Position numbers and translations under genes: made by a program. This document shows, one piece after another, positions 9,347 to 17,683 of a stretch of DNA of 32,000 nucleotides. Each line of letters starts with the position of its first letter. The first letter of the stretch is position 1. The stretch spans positions 960,001 through 992,000 of the forward strand of contig CP064962.1 of assembly GCA_016699145.1 (NCBI GenBank), given 5' to 3'. This DNA comes from Candidatus Saccharimonadota bacterium. Its GTDB lineage: Bacteria > Patescibacteriota > Gracilibacteria > UBA1369 > 2-02-FULL-48-14. The notes under the pieces were generated by a model, which was not told where the DNA came from, did not search any database, and worked only from the letters and a program-made list of their open reading frames with translations.

Positions 9347-10000
9347 GTGATCGAATTCAAAAACGCCACCAAAAAATACGGAGAGCGCTTCGTGCTCGAC
9401 AACGTCAATCTCACTCTGCCAGGAGGGACTTGGACTTGGCTCATCGGGGCTTCAGGGGCAGGGAAAACCACGCTCATCCATGCTCTTATTGGGGCTATTC
9501 AGCTCACCGAAGGCGAAGTGCTTGTGGACGGATATGCCATCAACAAACTGGACGCAGCCGCCTTGCAAGAATACCGCCGCAAACTGGGCATCGTTTTTCA
9601 GGACTATAAACTCTTGCCAAAAAAAACCGTTTTTGAAAACGTCGCCTTTGCCATGGAGGTGTGTGGTTACAGTGAAAAACAGATCGCCGATCGCGTGCCC
9701 GAAGTGCTCGCCAAAGTGGGTTTAGAAGACGCACGCCATCACTTTCCTCACATGCTTTCGGGGGGTGAAAAACAACGTTGTGCCATCGCCCGGGCCCTCA
9801 TCCACGAGCCTCGCCTCATCATTGCCGATGAGCCCACCGGAAACCTGGACCCAGAAACCGCCTTGAGCATACTCAGCCTTTTCCAAAAACTTCATGTGGA
9901 GGGAGCCACCGTCATTTTTGCCACTCACAATTTGAATCTCCTCCATCACATCAAAGGGACGAAGATCGAGATTCAAGAGGGAAAGGTGCTGGAAGCTTAG
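9347..10000 (+). CDS. ftsE: Cell-division ABC transporter ATP-binding protein FtsE
   Basis: 217 aa with a GTG start. Colinear with FtsE ([12 protein letters not shown]..., Walker [47 protein letters not shown]). No ftsX follows. Confidence 0.8.
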   Translation: MIEFKNATKKYGERFVLDNVNLTLPGGTWTWLIGASGAGKTTLIHALIGAIQLTEGEVLVDGYAINKLDAAALQEYRRKLGIVFQDYKLLPKKTVFENVAFAMEVCGYSEKQIADRVPEVLAKVGLEDARHHFPHMLSGGEKQRCAIARALIHEPRLIIADEPTGNLDPETALSILSLFQKLHVEGATVIFATHNLNLLHHIKGTKIEIQEGKVLEA

Positions 10001-11649
10001 CGCTGTCGATAGAGCTCCCCTACAGTATACCCCTTATGATCGGAAGCAGGAGCTTGGCGTGTTCGGTTCGTACTGGCGGGAGGGGGTGCCATCCTTTCTC
10101 CAGACCCCCAACTTGCATAGGGACAGTAAACCTCTCCACTTTGTCCATCTGCACTGGTCCATGGCAAAACTCCATCGACCGGACGTAAGTCATAACATTG
10201 GGAAAGAGCTCCTAACTTGGGCAATGCGGTAGTGACAAGGTTTATCAAATATGACTCATTTCTTGCAAAAGCACTGGCATCGCTCTCTCTCGCCATGCCT
10301 AGGCTCTGTAACTCATCGTAATCCTGTGCATTGATCCCAACAGGGTCTGCCATAATGAGAGCTCTGGTATCTTCCAGTGCAACGGCAACGGCACGTTCAA
10401 AACACGTCTCATCTTGAAAACAAGCTGTTTGAAGTGAATCTGCACCATCAGAGTACCCCATGAATGGGGCGTATTCGGGGCCACAAAACCCTAGAGAATA
10501 GTCCTGAGAAGCCAAGCTCTTCCCGAGAAGGCCAGAATCTTCAACAACATAAACCATATTATTAAACGAGTAACTGTCACAAACATTGCCTGCAGAGGCC
10601 TGAGCCCAAAAATGCATCCATCCTCCGTTTGTCTCATCAAAATCCACTTGAGAAGAAGCATAGCTGTAGAAGTCACCATGAATGCTCGGGTCGTAATTAA
10701 GAATAAAATCAGGAAGAGAATCGATGAATTCTTGTGCAAGTTCTTCACCTGCGTCACTCGCTGTAGCTATTTCCCAACCCAAATCTGTCCATCCACCGCT
10801 TAGATCTCCCTGCCCTTTGATCACTGCAGCAGGTTTTTCTCCGCCGTAGTCGTCAGAATGTCGCTCACGCCATTCTCTGTCAAAATCGGCCTCTAGATTT
10901 ACAGGCTCAGGACCACGCGTCCACACATTGAGATAGAGCCACCCTCTGGAGGGAGAAACATCCTTCATGGGAAAACCGGGGAACATTTTAGCAACGACGA
11001 CGCGTCCAAGAGTATTGGTTGTAGCATCTGGGCGCAAATAGAAGTTGCGTACGCAGTCTCCCTCCGGGGTGTTGATGCAACGCCCCTCATTCCCTTCTCC
11101 TTCGTCCAATCTCAACTTCACTGGAGAAAAAGTGCTAGCACTCATGTAATTTGCAGTACTATCTCCCGCAGGGGTGATGACAATATTGGTGAACCAAGTC
11201 ACTGCACCTGTACCACCGTCTTTGACGACGAGAGCGTCACAGGTGACTCGATTTGAACTGTCGTACAGCTCTCCTGGAATGTAGCCCCATCCTCCGTTCC
11301 AATTCTGATCTACAGCCTCATTGTAGGCAGCCGTCTGTGCAGGGGTACAAAGAAGCCAGTAGGTGTTTGGCGTTTCCCCATGAAAAAGATCAGAAACAAA
11401 TGCAGCATTGCTTACAGTGGCTGCCGGTGCATCCCATTCAAAAACCTCTTCACCTGTGTCACCGGAGTCCGCATCGGTATAGTAATTGTTGATAATGATG
11501 TTGGGTTCCCCCGCACAGCCGCTGCCTAAACAGGCGGCCATGGCTAATCGAGCAAGGCAAGAGAGCGAACGAGGGCCTACCTTTCCGGGGCTAGGGATGA
11601 GAGGGCCCTGCTCAGGGGAGATATTATGGGGTTGATTGTTTGTGTCCAT
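9997..11649 (-). CDS. Large secreted or lipoprotein-like protein of uncertain family (loose CotH-like resemblance)
   Basis: 550-aa ORF. Weakly hydrophobic Cys-containing N-terminal segment (LARLAMAACLGSGCAG). Cys-rich, and rich in acidic and aromatic residues. Segments such as NFYLRPDATTNTLGRVVVAKMF and NNMVYVVEDSG recall CotH-family blocks only loosely. Confidence 0.6.
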   Translation of the reverse strand: MDTNNQPHNISPEQGPLIPSPGKVGPRSLSCLARLAMAACLGSGCAGEPNIIINNYYTDADSGDTGEEVFEWDAPAATVSNAAFVSDLFHGETPNTYWLLCTPAQTAAYNEAVDQNWNGGWGYIPGELYDSSNRVTCDALVVKDGGTGAVTWFTNIVITPAGDSTANYMSASTFSPVKLRLDEGEGNEGRCINTPEGDCVRNFYLRPDATTNTLGRVVVAKMFPGFPMKDVSPSRGWLYLNVWTRGPEPVNLEADFDREWRERHSDDYGGEKPAAVIKGQGDLSGGWTDLGWEIATASDAGEELAQEFIDSLPDFILNYDPSIHGDFYSYASSQVDFDETNGGWMHFWAQASAGNVCDSYSFNNMVYVVEDSGLLGKSLASQDYSLGFCGPEYAPFMGYSDGADSLQTACFQDETCFERAVAVALEDTRALIMADPVGINAQDYDELQSLGMARESDASAFARNESYLINLVTTALPKLGALSQCYDLRPVDGVLPWTSADGQSGEVYCPYASWGSGERMAPPPASTNRTRQAPASDHKGYTVGELYRQR

Positions 11650-11673
11650 GAATGCAGGGCCTAGATTCTCATT

Positions 11674-11688
11674 TGAATCCGAACACTT
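11674..11688. repeat. IS30-family left terminal inverted repeat
   Basis: TGAATCCGAACACTT is the exact reverse complement of 12697-12711. Confidence 0.8.
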
Positions 11689-11702
11689 GGTAAGATGAGT
11701 TC

Positions 11703-12690
11703 ATGAAAAAAACGCTAAGAAGTTCTCACAGCTTTCCAAAAGTGAGAGGGATGAAATATTCATACTGAAGGGGAAAGGATATTCGCTCAGAGCTATCGCT
11801 AAAAGTCTGAAGAGAAGTGTTTCAACTGTTTCAGATGAACTCAAACGTAATGAAGTGAATGGCAGCTATAACCCGAAGAAAGCACAGCAGAAAAGCTATG
11901 TACGAAGGCGCTCCGCTCGCTTTCAAGGGAAGAAAGTTGCAATGAACAAGAAATTGAGAGATTTCGTAGAAGAAAAACTAAGAGATGATATTTCTCCAGC
12001 CGCTATTTCTGGGAGACTCAAATGCCAAGAGGGAGCTCTTCCTTTTGCCTCCAAAGACAGTATTTATCGCTTCCTAAAAAGCCCCTATGGAAGAGCTTTG
12101 GAGTATGAACGTGAGCAGAAAACAAAACATCGAAGAAAGAGGCCCAAAGTACTTTCAAAACTTTCGGACAGAACGTTCATAAATGAGCGTCCTAACAGAA
12201 TAGAAATGAGAGAAGATGTGGGAGACATTGAAGGAGATTTCATAGTTTCAGGGAAAACGGGAAAGGGTTCACTTTTGGTTGCTGTGGACAGGAAACTAAG
12301 AGTTTCATTTCTTGAAAAGATCTTCCCAGTGACGATTGAAGAAGTTCATGAGGCTTTTTGCGAATCCAAAAACGTTTTCCAGAGCTTCAAAGCATGACTA
12401 CGGACAATGATATTCTCTTCCAGAAACACAAGGAATTGGAGAAGCTGCTGGGCATTAAAATCTACTTTTGCCACCCTTATCATTCATGGGAAAAGGGCAC
12501 AGTGGAAAACACGAATAAAATCATTCGGAAAGATATTCCTAAAGGCAGTGATATTTCAAAATACAGTAAAGCTTTCATTCAAAGGCTTGAAGAAAAACTC
12601 AATCGTAGACCGCTCAAGTGTTTGAATTATCTCACCCCAAAAGAAGCTCTTTTGGTGCACCGCGAAATCACAAAACTCAAAAAATCCTAA
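11703..12690 (+). pseudogene. IS30-family transposase, interrupted by two -1 frame breaks
   Basis: The ATG at 11703 is followed by an A7 run. The HTH region (LSKSERDEIFILKGKGYSLRAIAKSLKRSVSTVSDELKRN) is in the next frame with no start codon of its own. A second break near the T5 run at 12355-12359 separates DIEGDF (first D) from TTDNDILF...HSWEKGTVENTN (second D and E). Adding one base at each run gives a continuous ~329-aa transposase. Confidence 0.8.
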
Positions 12691-12696
12691 TCCATT

Positions 12697-12711
12697 AAGT
12701 GTTCGGATTCA
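12697..12711. repeat. IS30-family right terminal inverted repeat
   Basis: AAGTGTTCGGATTCA is the exact reverse complement of 11674-11688. Confidence 0.8.
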
Positions 12712-12907
12712 GCCCGTCCAGTGCCGGGAAATTTGAGAAGTTATTTTAAATATAAAAACAAATGATGTCAAATTTGTTCAAGCCGACAAAAAAGAAGACG
12801 GCTCTGTTCAAAAAAAGCTCTTACAGGTTGTTCACCTCTATGAGTGAGAGTTGTTTTTTTGCATGAGGATGGAAAAACGGAGGTCAGCATAAACGGAGGA
12901 CTCACCC

Positions 12908-12936
12908 TTTACAAAACCAAGCCCCTTCCTTATATT
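12908..12936 (+). promoter_or_regulatory. Putative purL promoter TTTACA-17 nt-TATATT
   Basis: The hexamers and spacing are read directly. The -10 ends 10 nt before the ATG at 12947, which implies a very short leader. Confidence 0.4.
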
Positions 12937-12946
12937 GCAAACAGTT

Positions 12947-13684
12947 ATGGCTCTCCTCTCCAAAACCTTGGCGTTCTCCCAAATGACGGACGAGGAAGTT
13001 TTGCGCGTGCTCAAAGAAAATAAGATCGGCCTCACCGTTCAAGAAGCCCGTGAAGTGGAAAAGATCCTCGGCCGTGGACCAACCTTGACCGAGGCCATCA
13101 TCTGGGGCATCCAAGGCAGCGAGCACTGCTCCTACCGCTCCAGTCGGCCTTTTTTAAAAACCCTACCCACCCAGGCGCCCAACGTCATGCTCGGGGTAGG
13201 TGAAGACGCCGGAATCGTGCACTTTGCGACCGCTTCTTCCGGAAAAAGCTACGGAGTGATCATGGGTCACGAATCCCACAATCACCCCTCCCAAGTGGTG
13301 CCTTTCGAAGGTGCTGCTACTGGGATCGGAGGCCTTGTGCGGGACATTATTGTAATGGGGGGACGTGCCATTGCCACCGCCGATCCCCTCCGTTTTGGAC
13401 AAATTGAAAAACCTCTACAACACCACATCGCCGAAGAAGTCGTGTCCGGCATCGCGGGTTATGGGAACCCACTCGGAGTGCCCAACCTTGCAGGGGACAC
13501 CTATTTTGATGAATCCTACAACGACAACTGCCTCGTCAACGTGATGGTTTTAGGCGCCATCCGCGAAGATGAAATCATCCACTCTTTTGTGCCCGCAAAC
13601 GCCGAAGGCTGGGACATCATCATTGTCGGGAAACCCACAGACAACTCGGGCATGGGGGAGCCGCCTTTGCCTCTGCCGACCTGA
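12947..13684 (+). CDS. purL: FGAM synthase subunit PurL, N-terminal fragment (frame lost at the G5 run 13654-13658)
   Basis: GLTVQEAREVEKILGRGPTLTEAIIWGIQGSEHCSYRSS and GVGEDAGIV...HNHPS are PurL signatures. After ...NSGMG the frame runs into 8 non-homologous codons and a stop. Confidence 0.85.
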   Translation: MALLSKTLAFSQMTDEEVLRVLKENKIGLTVQEAREVEKILGRGPTLTEAIIWGIQGSEHCSYRSSRPFLKTLPTQAPNVMLGVGEDAGIVHFATASSGKSYGVIMGHESHNHPSQVVPFEGAATGIGGLVRDIIVMGGRAIATADPLRFGQIEKPLQHHIAEEVVSGIAGYGNPLGVPNLAGDTYFDESYNDNCLVNVMVLGAIREDEIIHSFVPANAEGWDIIIVGKPTDNSGMGEPPLPLPT

Positions 13685-13716
13685 ACGAAGCCGACAAAGA
13701 GTCCAACAAAGGTGCC

Positions 13717-15324
13717 GTGCAAGAGCCCAATCCTTTCCTCGAAAGACACCTCGCCGAATCCACCTACACCCTCTTCCGCAAACTCCGCGACGAGGGCAAT
13801 TTAAAAAAAGTTTCCTTCAAAGACATGGGAGCGGGCGGAAACGTTTGTGCCACCGTCGAACAAGTGGAACCCGCCGGTTTTGGAGCGGATGTGGACCTCG
13901 CCAAAGTACACACCTCCATATCCAATCTGCCCCCGGCAGTGATCGCTTGCGCCGAAACCCAAGAGCGCCTCTGCTGGATCTGTGACCCCAGCCTGACGGA
14001 GCAAATCCTCGACCATTACAATAAAGAATGGGACCTCCCCAAAGTCTCCGCCGGTGCCAAAGCCAGCCATGTGGGAAAAGTGACGAAGGGCAATTACGTC
14101 GTTCGCTTCGGTGATGAAATTCTCGTGGACGCGCCAGCCTCTGCCGTGACCAAGGGACTTCAATATGAACGTGCTTACTCCGCCCCCGTTCACACCTTCA
14201 CCGAACCCACCTTCGATCAACCCGACCTTAAAACCAGCCTCCTCAAAGTCCTCGCCAGCGAAAACATAGCGAGCCGCCTGCCCATCTTCGAAAACTACGA
14301 CAAAGTGGTGCAAGGCCAAACCGTCTTCGAACCCGGCATCGCAGATGCCGGCCTCCTCGTGCCTTTCCGCAATCGCGAAGAAGCCCCCGAACTGCACAAA
14401 GTTGGAGCCGCTCTATCAGTGGATGCCAACCCACGCTACGGAAAAATTTCCCCTTACTGGTGCGCCGTGAACGCCGTCGTCGAAGGAATGCGCAACGTCG
14501 CCGCCATCGGTGCCACCCCCTGGGCTGTGACCGACTGTCTCAATTTTGGTAACCCCGAAAAACCAGAACAAATGTGGGAACTCGTCGAAAGCATCCGCGG
14601 GATGAAAGATGCCCTTGAAGGAGTGGGCCACATCGCCTACGTCCCCGACCCGCAAGGTAAACGCGTGCCTCTCCCCGTGGTTTCCGGAAACGTCTCTCTC
14701 TATAACGAATCCAAAAATGGCTCCGTGGCACCCTCGCCGGTGATGGGAACCCTGGGCCGCATCGAAAATGTAGACAAGGCCATCACCATGCAATTCAAAA
14801 AAGCTGGCAGCAAACTCTACCTCATTGGCGAGCGTAAAAACGAACTCGGTGGCAGTGAATATTACCGTCAGCTGGGCTTTCTTGGCACCAATGTGCCTCA
14901 GCCCGATTTCGCTAAAGTGCGTCAAGAACTCATCCTCATGACTCAAGCCGTGGATCAAGGTCTCTTGCTTTCTTCCCACGACATCTCCGACGGAGGACTG
15001 GCTGTGGCCCTGGTTGAAATGGCCTGCGGCGGACGTGGCGAAGGGGAACTGGGCTTCGTCGTGGATCTCACCCAAATGGCCCCCACGCTTCGCACCGATC
15101 AAAAATGCTTCTCAGAATCCGGAGGTTTCGTCGTCGAAGTGGTGCCCGGACGTGAGGCAGGCTTTGAAGCCCTCTGCACCTCAAGCGGCGTCAACGTCTA
15201 CTCTCTCGGGAACGTCGGCTCACCCCTCTGTGTTTTCCAAGACCAAGGTGTCGTCACCCAAATCCCTCTCACTAACGCCAAAGAAACCTGGCTCAATGGA
15301 CTTCGTAACAAACTTCGTACATGA
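13717..15324 (+). CDS. purL: FGAM synthase subunit PurL, C-terminal fragment (homology actually resumes at about 13659 in this frame)
   Basis: The frame reads GAAFASADLNEADKESNKGAVQEPNPFLERHL... immediately after the G5 run and continues with PurL-like sequence (DMGAGG, VSGNVSLYNES, SSHDISDGGLAVAL). The stop overlaps the next ATG (ATGA). Confidence 0.85.
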   Translation: MQEPNPFLERHLAESTYTLFRKLRDEGNLKKVSFKDMGAGGNVCATVEQVEPAGFGADVDLAKVHTSISNLPPAVIACAETQERLCWICDPSLTEQILDHYNKEWDLPKVSAGAKASHVGKVTKGNYVVRFGDEILVDAPASAVTKGLQYERAYSAPVHTFTEPTFDQPDLKTSLLKVLASENIASRLPIFENYDKVVQGQTVFEPGIADAGLLVPFRNREEAPELHKVGAALSVDANPRYGKISPYWCAVNAVVEGMRNVAAIGATPWAVTDCLNFGNPEKPEQMWELVESIRGMKDALEGVGHIAYVPDPQGKRVPLPVVSGNVSLYNESKNGSVAPSPVMGTLGRIENVDKAITMQFKKAGSKLYLIGERKNELGGSEYYRQLGFLGTNVPQPDFAKVRQELILMTQAVDQGLLLSSHDISDGGLAVALVEMACGGRGEGELGFVVDLTQMAPTLRTDQKCFSESGGFVVEVVPGREAGFEALCTSSGVNVYSLGNVGSPLCVFQDQGVVTQIPLTNAKETWLNGLRNKLRT

Positions 15325-15740
15325 AAAAACTTCTATTCATTCTCGGCACTTTCAGTCTGCTTGGCCTCACCGCCTGCGGACTCTTGAGCGACTCCATCGA
15401 CTGCACTCCTCCCGACGGCACCTACGCCCAATCGGTCAATCACGAATGGCAAGGCATAAACTACGCGCTCCCTTATTGTTGGAGCACCGAAGAAAAACTC
15501 GCCCACGATGAACCCTTCCAAAAGGACACCCTCACGCTCACCAAAGGGGATGATTCTCTTTGGGTAGAAATCTCCATCGGCTCAGGGGGAAGCCCAACAG
15601 AAAAAATCACCCCCACCCGCAACGACCACAAAGGCTATTCGGTGTTTGACTACGCAGGCTATTTCTACGTCCAAACCAACGCTCCCGAGGAAGATGAAGT
15701 GCAGCTCATCCTCGATTCTTTTCAATTCACAACCCAATGA
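15321..15740 (+). CDS. Small lipoprotein of unknown function embedded between purL and purQ
   Basis: 139 aa with a lipoprotein signal MKKLLFILGTFSLLGLTAC|G. Both ends overlap the neighbouring pur genes by 4 nt (ATGA). Confidence 0.7.
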   Translation: MKKLLFILGTFSLLGLTACGLLSDSIDCTPPDGTYAQSVNHEWQGINYALPYCWSTEEKLAHDEPFQKDTLTLTKGDDSLWVEISIGSGGSPTEKITPTRNDHKGYSVFDYAGYFYVQTNAPEEDEVQLILDSFQFTTQ

Positions 15741-17029
15741 AACCTCGCGTCGCCGTCCTTCAATTTCCGGGGATCAACTCTGAGTACGAAACGCTTCGTG
15801 CCCTCTGGGATGCGCAAATCGACGCTGAATTTTTTCGTTGGAATGAGGACGCCAAAAAACTCGCCAGCTACGATGGCTTTGTGGTGCCTGGCGGCTTCTC
15901 TTACGAAGACCGCGGACGCAGTGGACTCATCGCCTCGATGGATCCTGTGATGCAAGAAATCGCTCGCCAAGCGGACAGCGGTAAGCCTGTGCTGGGCATC
16001 TGCAACGGAGCGCAAATTTTGGTTGAAACAGGCCTCGTGCCCGGTGGAAAAGTCAGCCCAGACGGTCGCCATCCTCTCCTCATGTCCCTCGCACGCAACA
16101 AGCGCGTTCAAAATGGAAAAGTGATCGGTGTAGGCTTTTACAATACCAACGTTTTCGTGAAATCCGTGGCCCCCCAAGGCCGCACCGCCTTCACCCTCGA
16201 CAGTGCTCCCGATGAACTCAGCCTCGTGCCCATTGCTCACGGCGAAGGGCGCTTCACCACCAACCTTCCCGGCCTCTTCGAAACGCTGCGCGCCAACCAG
16301 CAAATCGTCTTCAAATACGCCTCCAAATCCGGCGAAATCGGCAACGAATTTCCCCTCAATCCCAATGGAGCCATGGACAGTGCCGCCGCCATCTGCAATC
16401 CCCAAGGAAACGTGATGGCCATCATGCCTCACCCCGAGCGTGCACCCTCGGCTCCCATGCCCAAGATTTTCAGCTCCATGTGCAAATACATGCAGGCCCG
16501 CGCAGAAGGCAAAAACCCGCTCATAGGAGGCCTCCCTGCCCTCGAACTCGCGGACCAGAAACCCGCCCTTGAAATGCACACACACACCCCTGGCACTCTC
16601 GAATTTTTCATCGGACTCCTCATCACCGACAACGAAGCCCAAACAGTTGAAAACGCGCTGCGCCAAAGTGGCTTCGATGTCACAGTGCGCAAATACACCT
16701 ATTACGAAATCGGCACTCAGGGCCAAGACCCAGATAAACTCGCCGCCGAGCTCATTGCATCCGGCGAATTGCTCAACCTCAATAAAGAACGCGTCCTCAC
16801 GGTCAAAGATGGCCAATCCTTCCCCAAAAAAGAAGGCGCCTCTTACTACCTTGTTCAAGACCTCGAAGACGCCGCTGGCATGGCCAAAGGCGCTCGCCTC
16901 AACTTGCCTGTGAAGCGCGGCTGGTTCTGGGAACTGACTCCTGACGCTGGCGCCCCCCTCGACGAAGCCGCCCTCCTCGCAACCAACATTTTTGCCAATC
17001 ACCACGCTCAAGTATTACAAAGCGCTTAG
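15737..17029 (+). CDS. purQ: FGAM synthase glutaminase subunit PurQ with a ~145-aa C-terminal extension resembling two PurS domains
   Basis: The first ~240 aa form a class-I GATase (VLGICNGAQIL nucleophile Cys, MPHPERA His/Glu). Residues ~287-430 contain two PurS-like repeats (ITDNEAQTVENALRQSGFDVTVRKYTYYEI...ELLNLNKERV and a more diverged second copy ending NIFANHHAQV). Confidence 0.85.
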   Translation: MKPRVAVLQFPGINSEYETLRALWDAQIDAEFFRWNEDAKKLASYDGFVVPGGFSYEDRGRSGLIASMDPVMQEIARQADSGKPVLGICNGAQILVETGLVPGGKVSPDGRHPLLMSLARNKRVQNGKVIGVGFYNTNVFVKSVAPQGRTAFTLDSAPDELSLVPIAHGEGRFTTNLPGLFETLRANQQIVFKYASKSGEIGNEFPLNPNGAMDSAAAICNPQGNVMAIMPHPERAPSAPMPKIFSSMCKYMQARAEGKNPLIGGLPALELADQKPALEMHTHTPGTLEFFIGLLITDNEAQTVENALRQSGFDVTVRKYTYYEIGTQGQDPDKLAAELIASGELLNLNKERVLTVKDGQSFPKKEGASYYLVQDLEDAAGMAKGARLNLPVKRGWFWELTPDAGAPLDEAALLATNIFANHHAQVLQSA

Positions 17030-17683
17030 GTCCACCGCAAAGACACTGTCACGCTCATGCAGAGATCCAGGTAAGAAATCCTGTCGAGGGAAGTGCAAGA
17101 TCAACCACTCTTCATCCGTGGTCATAAACACGTCTTCCACCAAAACGGCTAAAGGGGCACTGAAGATGAGCTGATCTTTGTAGTAAAGCTGTTGGCAGTA
17201 GCTTTCTCCGCCCAAAACGAGGGCATCACTAAGGTCTTCTGGAGCATTGGGATCAAGGCAGGTGAAGTCCATAGGCAATTCAACGGGGCCACTTTGAATG
17301 GCCGAGACAAAGCTTGCTGCCTCTTCTTCCCACGGTATTGTTTCACTGGCCGTCTCCTTCCACTCTAAAGCAGAAGCATCTAAAGACAGGGTAATGAAAT
17401 CAACCCCATCACCTTCCCAATTGATGATCCGAACAGCTTCATCAGTGTGAGCCAAGGCATAGGAATAAGCGAACATTCCATCATCTGTAATAAAACGATA
17501 CCAACGGTAAAACAAACCAAGTTCCTCTTGTTCCAAAGCCATTGTGAGGTTAACCGCAGGTTGATCCCAATGAATCAAAGTGGACTCTGCAGGAGGCATC
17601 ACAAGTCCATAAAGAAAGAAGAATCCAATCAGAGCCTTGCCCCAGGCAAGCCCCTTCCCCTTTAACCAATTGATAAAAGACAA
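17015..17683 (-). CDS. Hypothetical exported or membrane-anchored protein
   Basis: 222-aa ORF (TTG start in the track) with an N-terminal signal-anchor (KGKGLAWGKALIGFFFLYGLV) and an acidic, Trp-rich body. It overlaps the upstream gene by 134 nt in another frame. Confidence 0.5.
   Translation of the reverse strand: MSFINWLKGKGLAWGKALIGFFFLYGLVMPPAESTLIHWDQPAVNLTMALEQEELGLFYRWYRFITDDGMFAYSYALAHTDEAVRIINWEGDGVDFITLSLDASALEWKETASETIPWEEEAASFVSAIQSGPVELPMDFTCLDPNAPEDLSDALVLGGESYCQQLYYKDQLIFSAPLAVLVEDVFMTTDEEWLILHFPRQDFLPGSLHERDSVFAVDLSAL

Larger units (their letters stand above)
11674..12711 (+). mobile_element. IS30-family insertion sequence (1038 bp) with a decayed transposase
   Basis: Perfect 15-bp terminal inverted repeats TGAATCCGAACACTT (11674-11688 and the reverse complement at 12697-12711) bracket an IS30-type HTH plus DDE transposase reading frame. 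No flanking target-site duplication is visible. Confidence 0.8.

Noticed and set aside
11671-12714. Target-site duplication flanking the IS30 element
   Set aside because: The flanks read att on the left and gcc on the right, so no 2-3 bp direct repeat is present. The insertion history cannot be inferred from these flanks.
12712-12946. Possible purine or ZTP riboswitch upstream of purL
   Set aside because: I could not find the conserved purine-riboswitch loops or the ZTP (pfl) GGGUCGUGAC / CCGCCUGGGC cores. The promoter-like element leaves almost no leader. Only a short AAACGGAGG direct repeat is present.
15722-17011. 429-aa minus-strand ORF covering all of purQ
   Set aside because: This is a shadow ORF antisense to a gene with unmistakable PurQ homology. 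Its translation is low-complexity (G/F/V/E-rich) with no recognisable motifs. The same applies to these antisense ORFs: 20862-21632 (nusA), 5779-6675 (dgt), 13801-14397 and 14416-15102 (purL), 1898-2428 (CorC-like), 2776-3360 (L,D-transpeptidase) and 8198-8578 / 8774-9166 (SLH protein).
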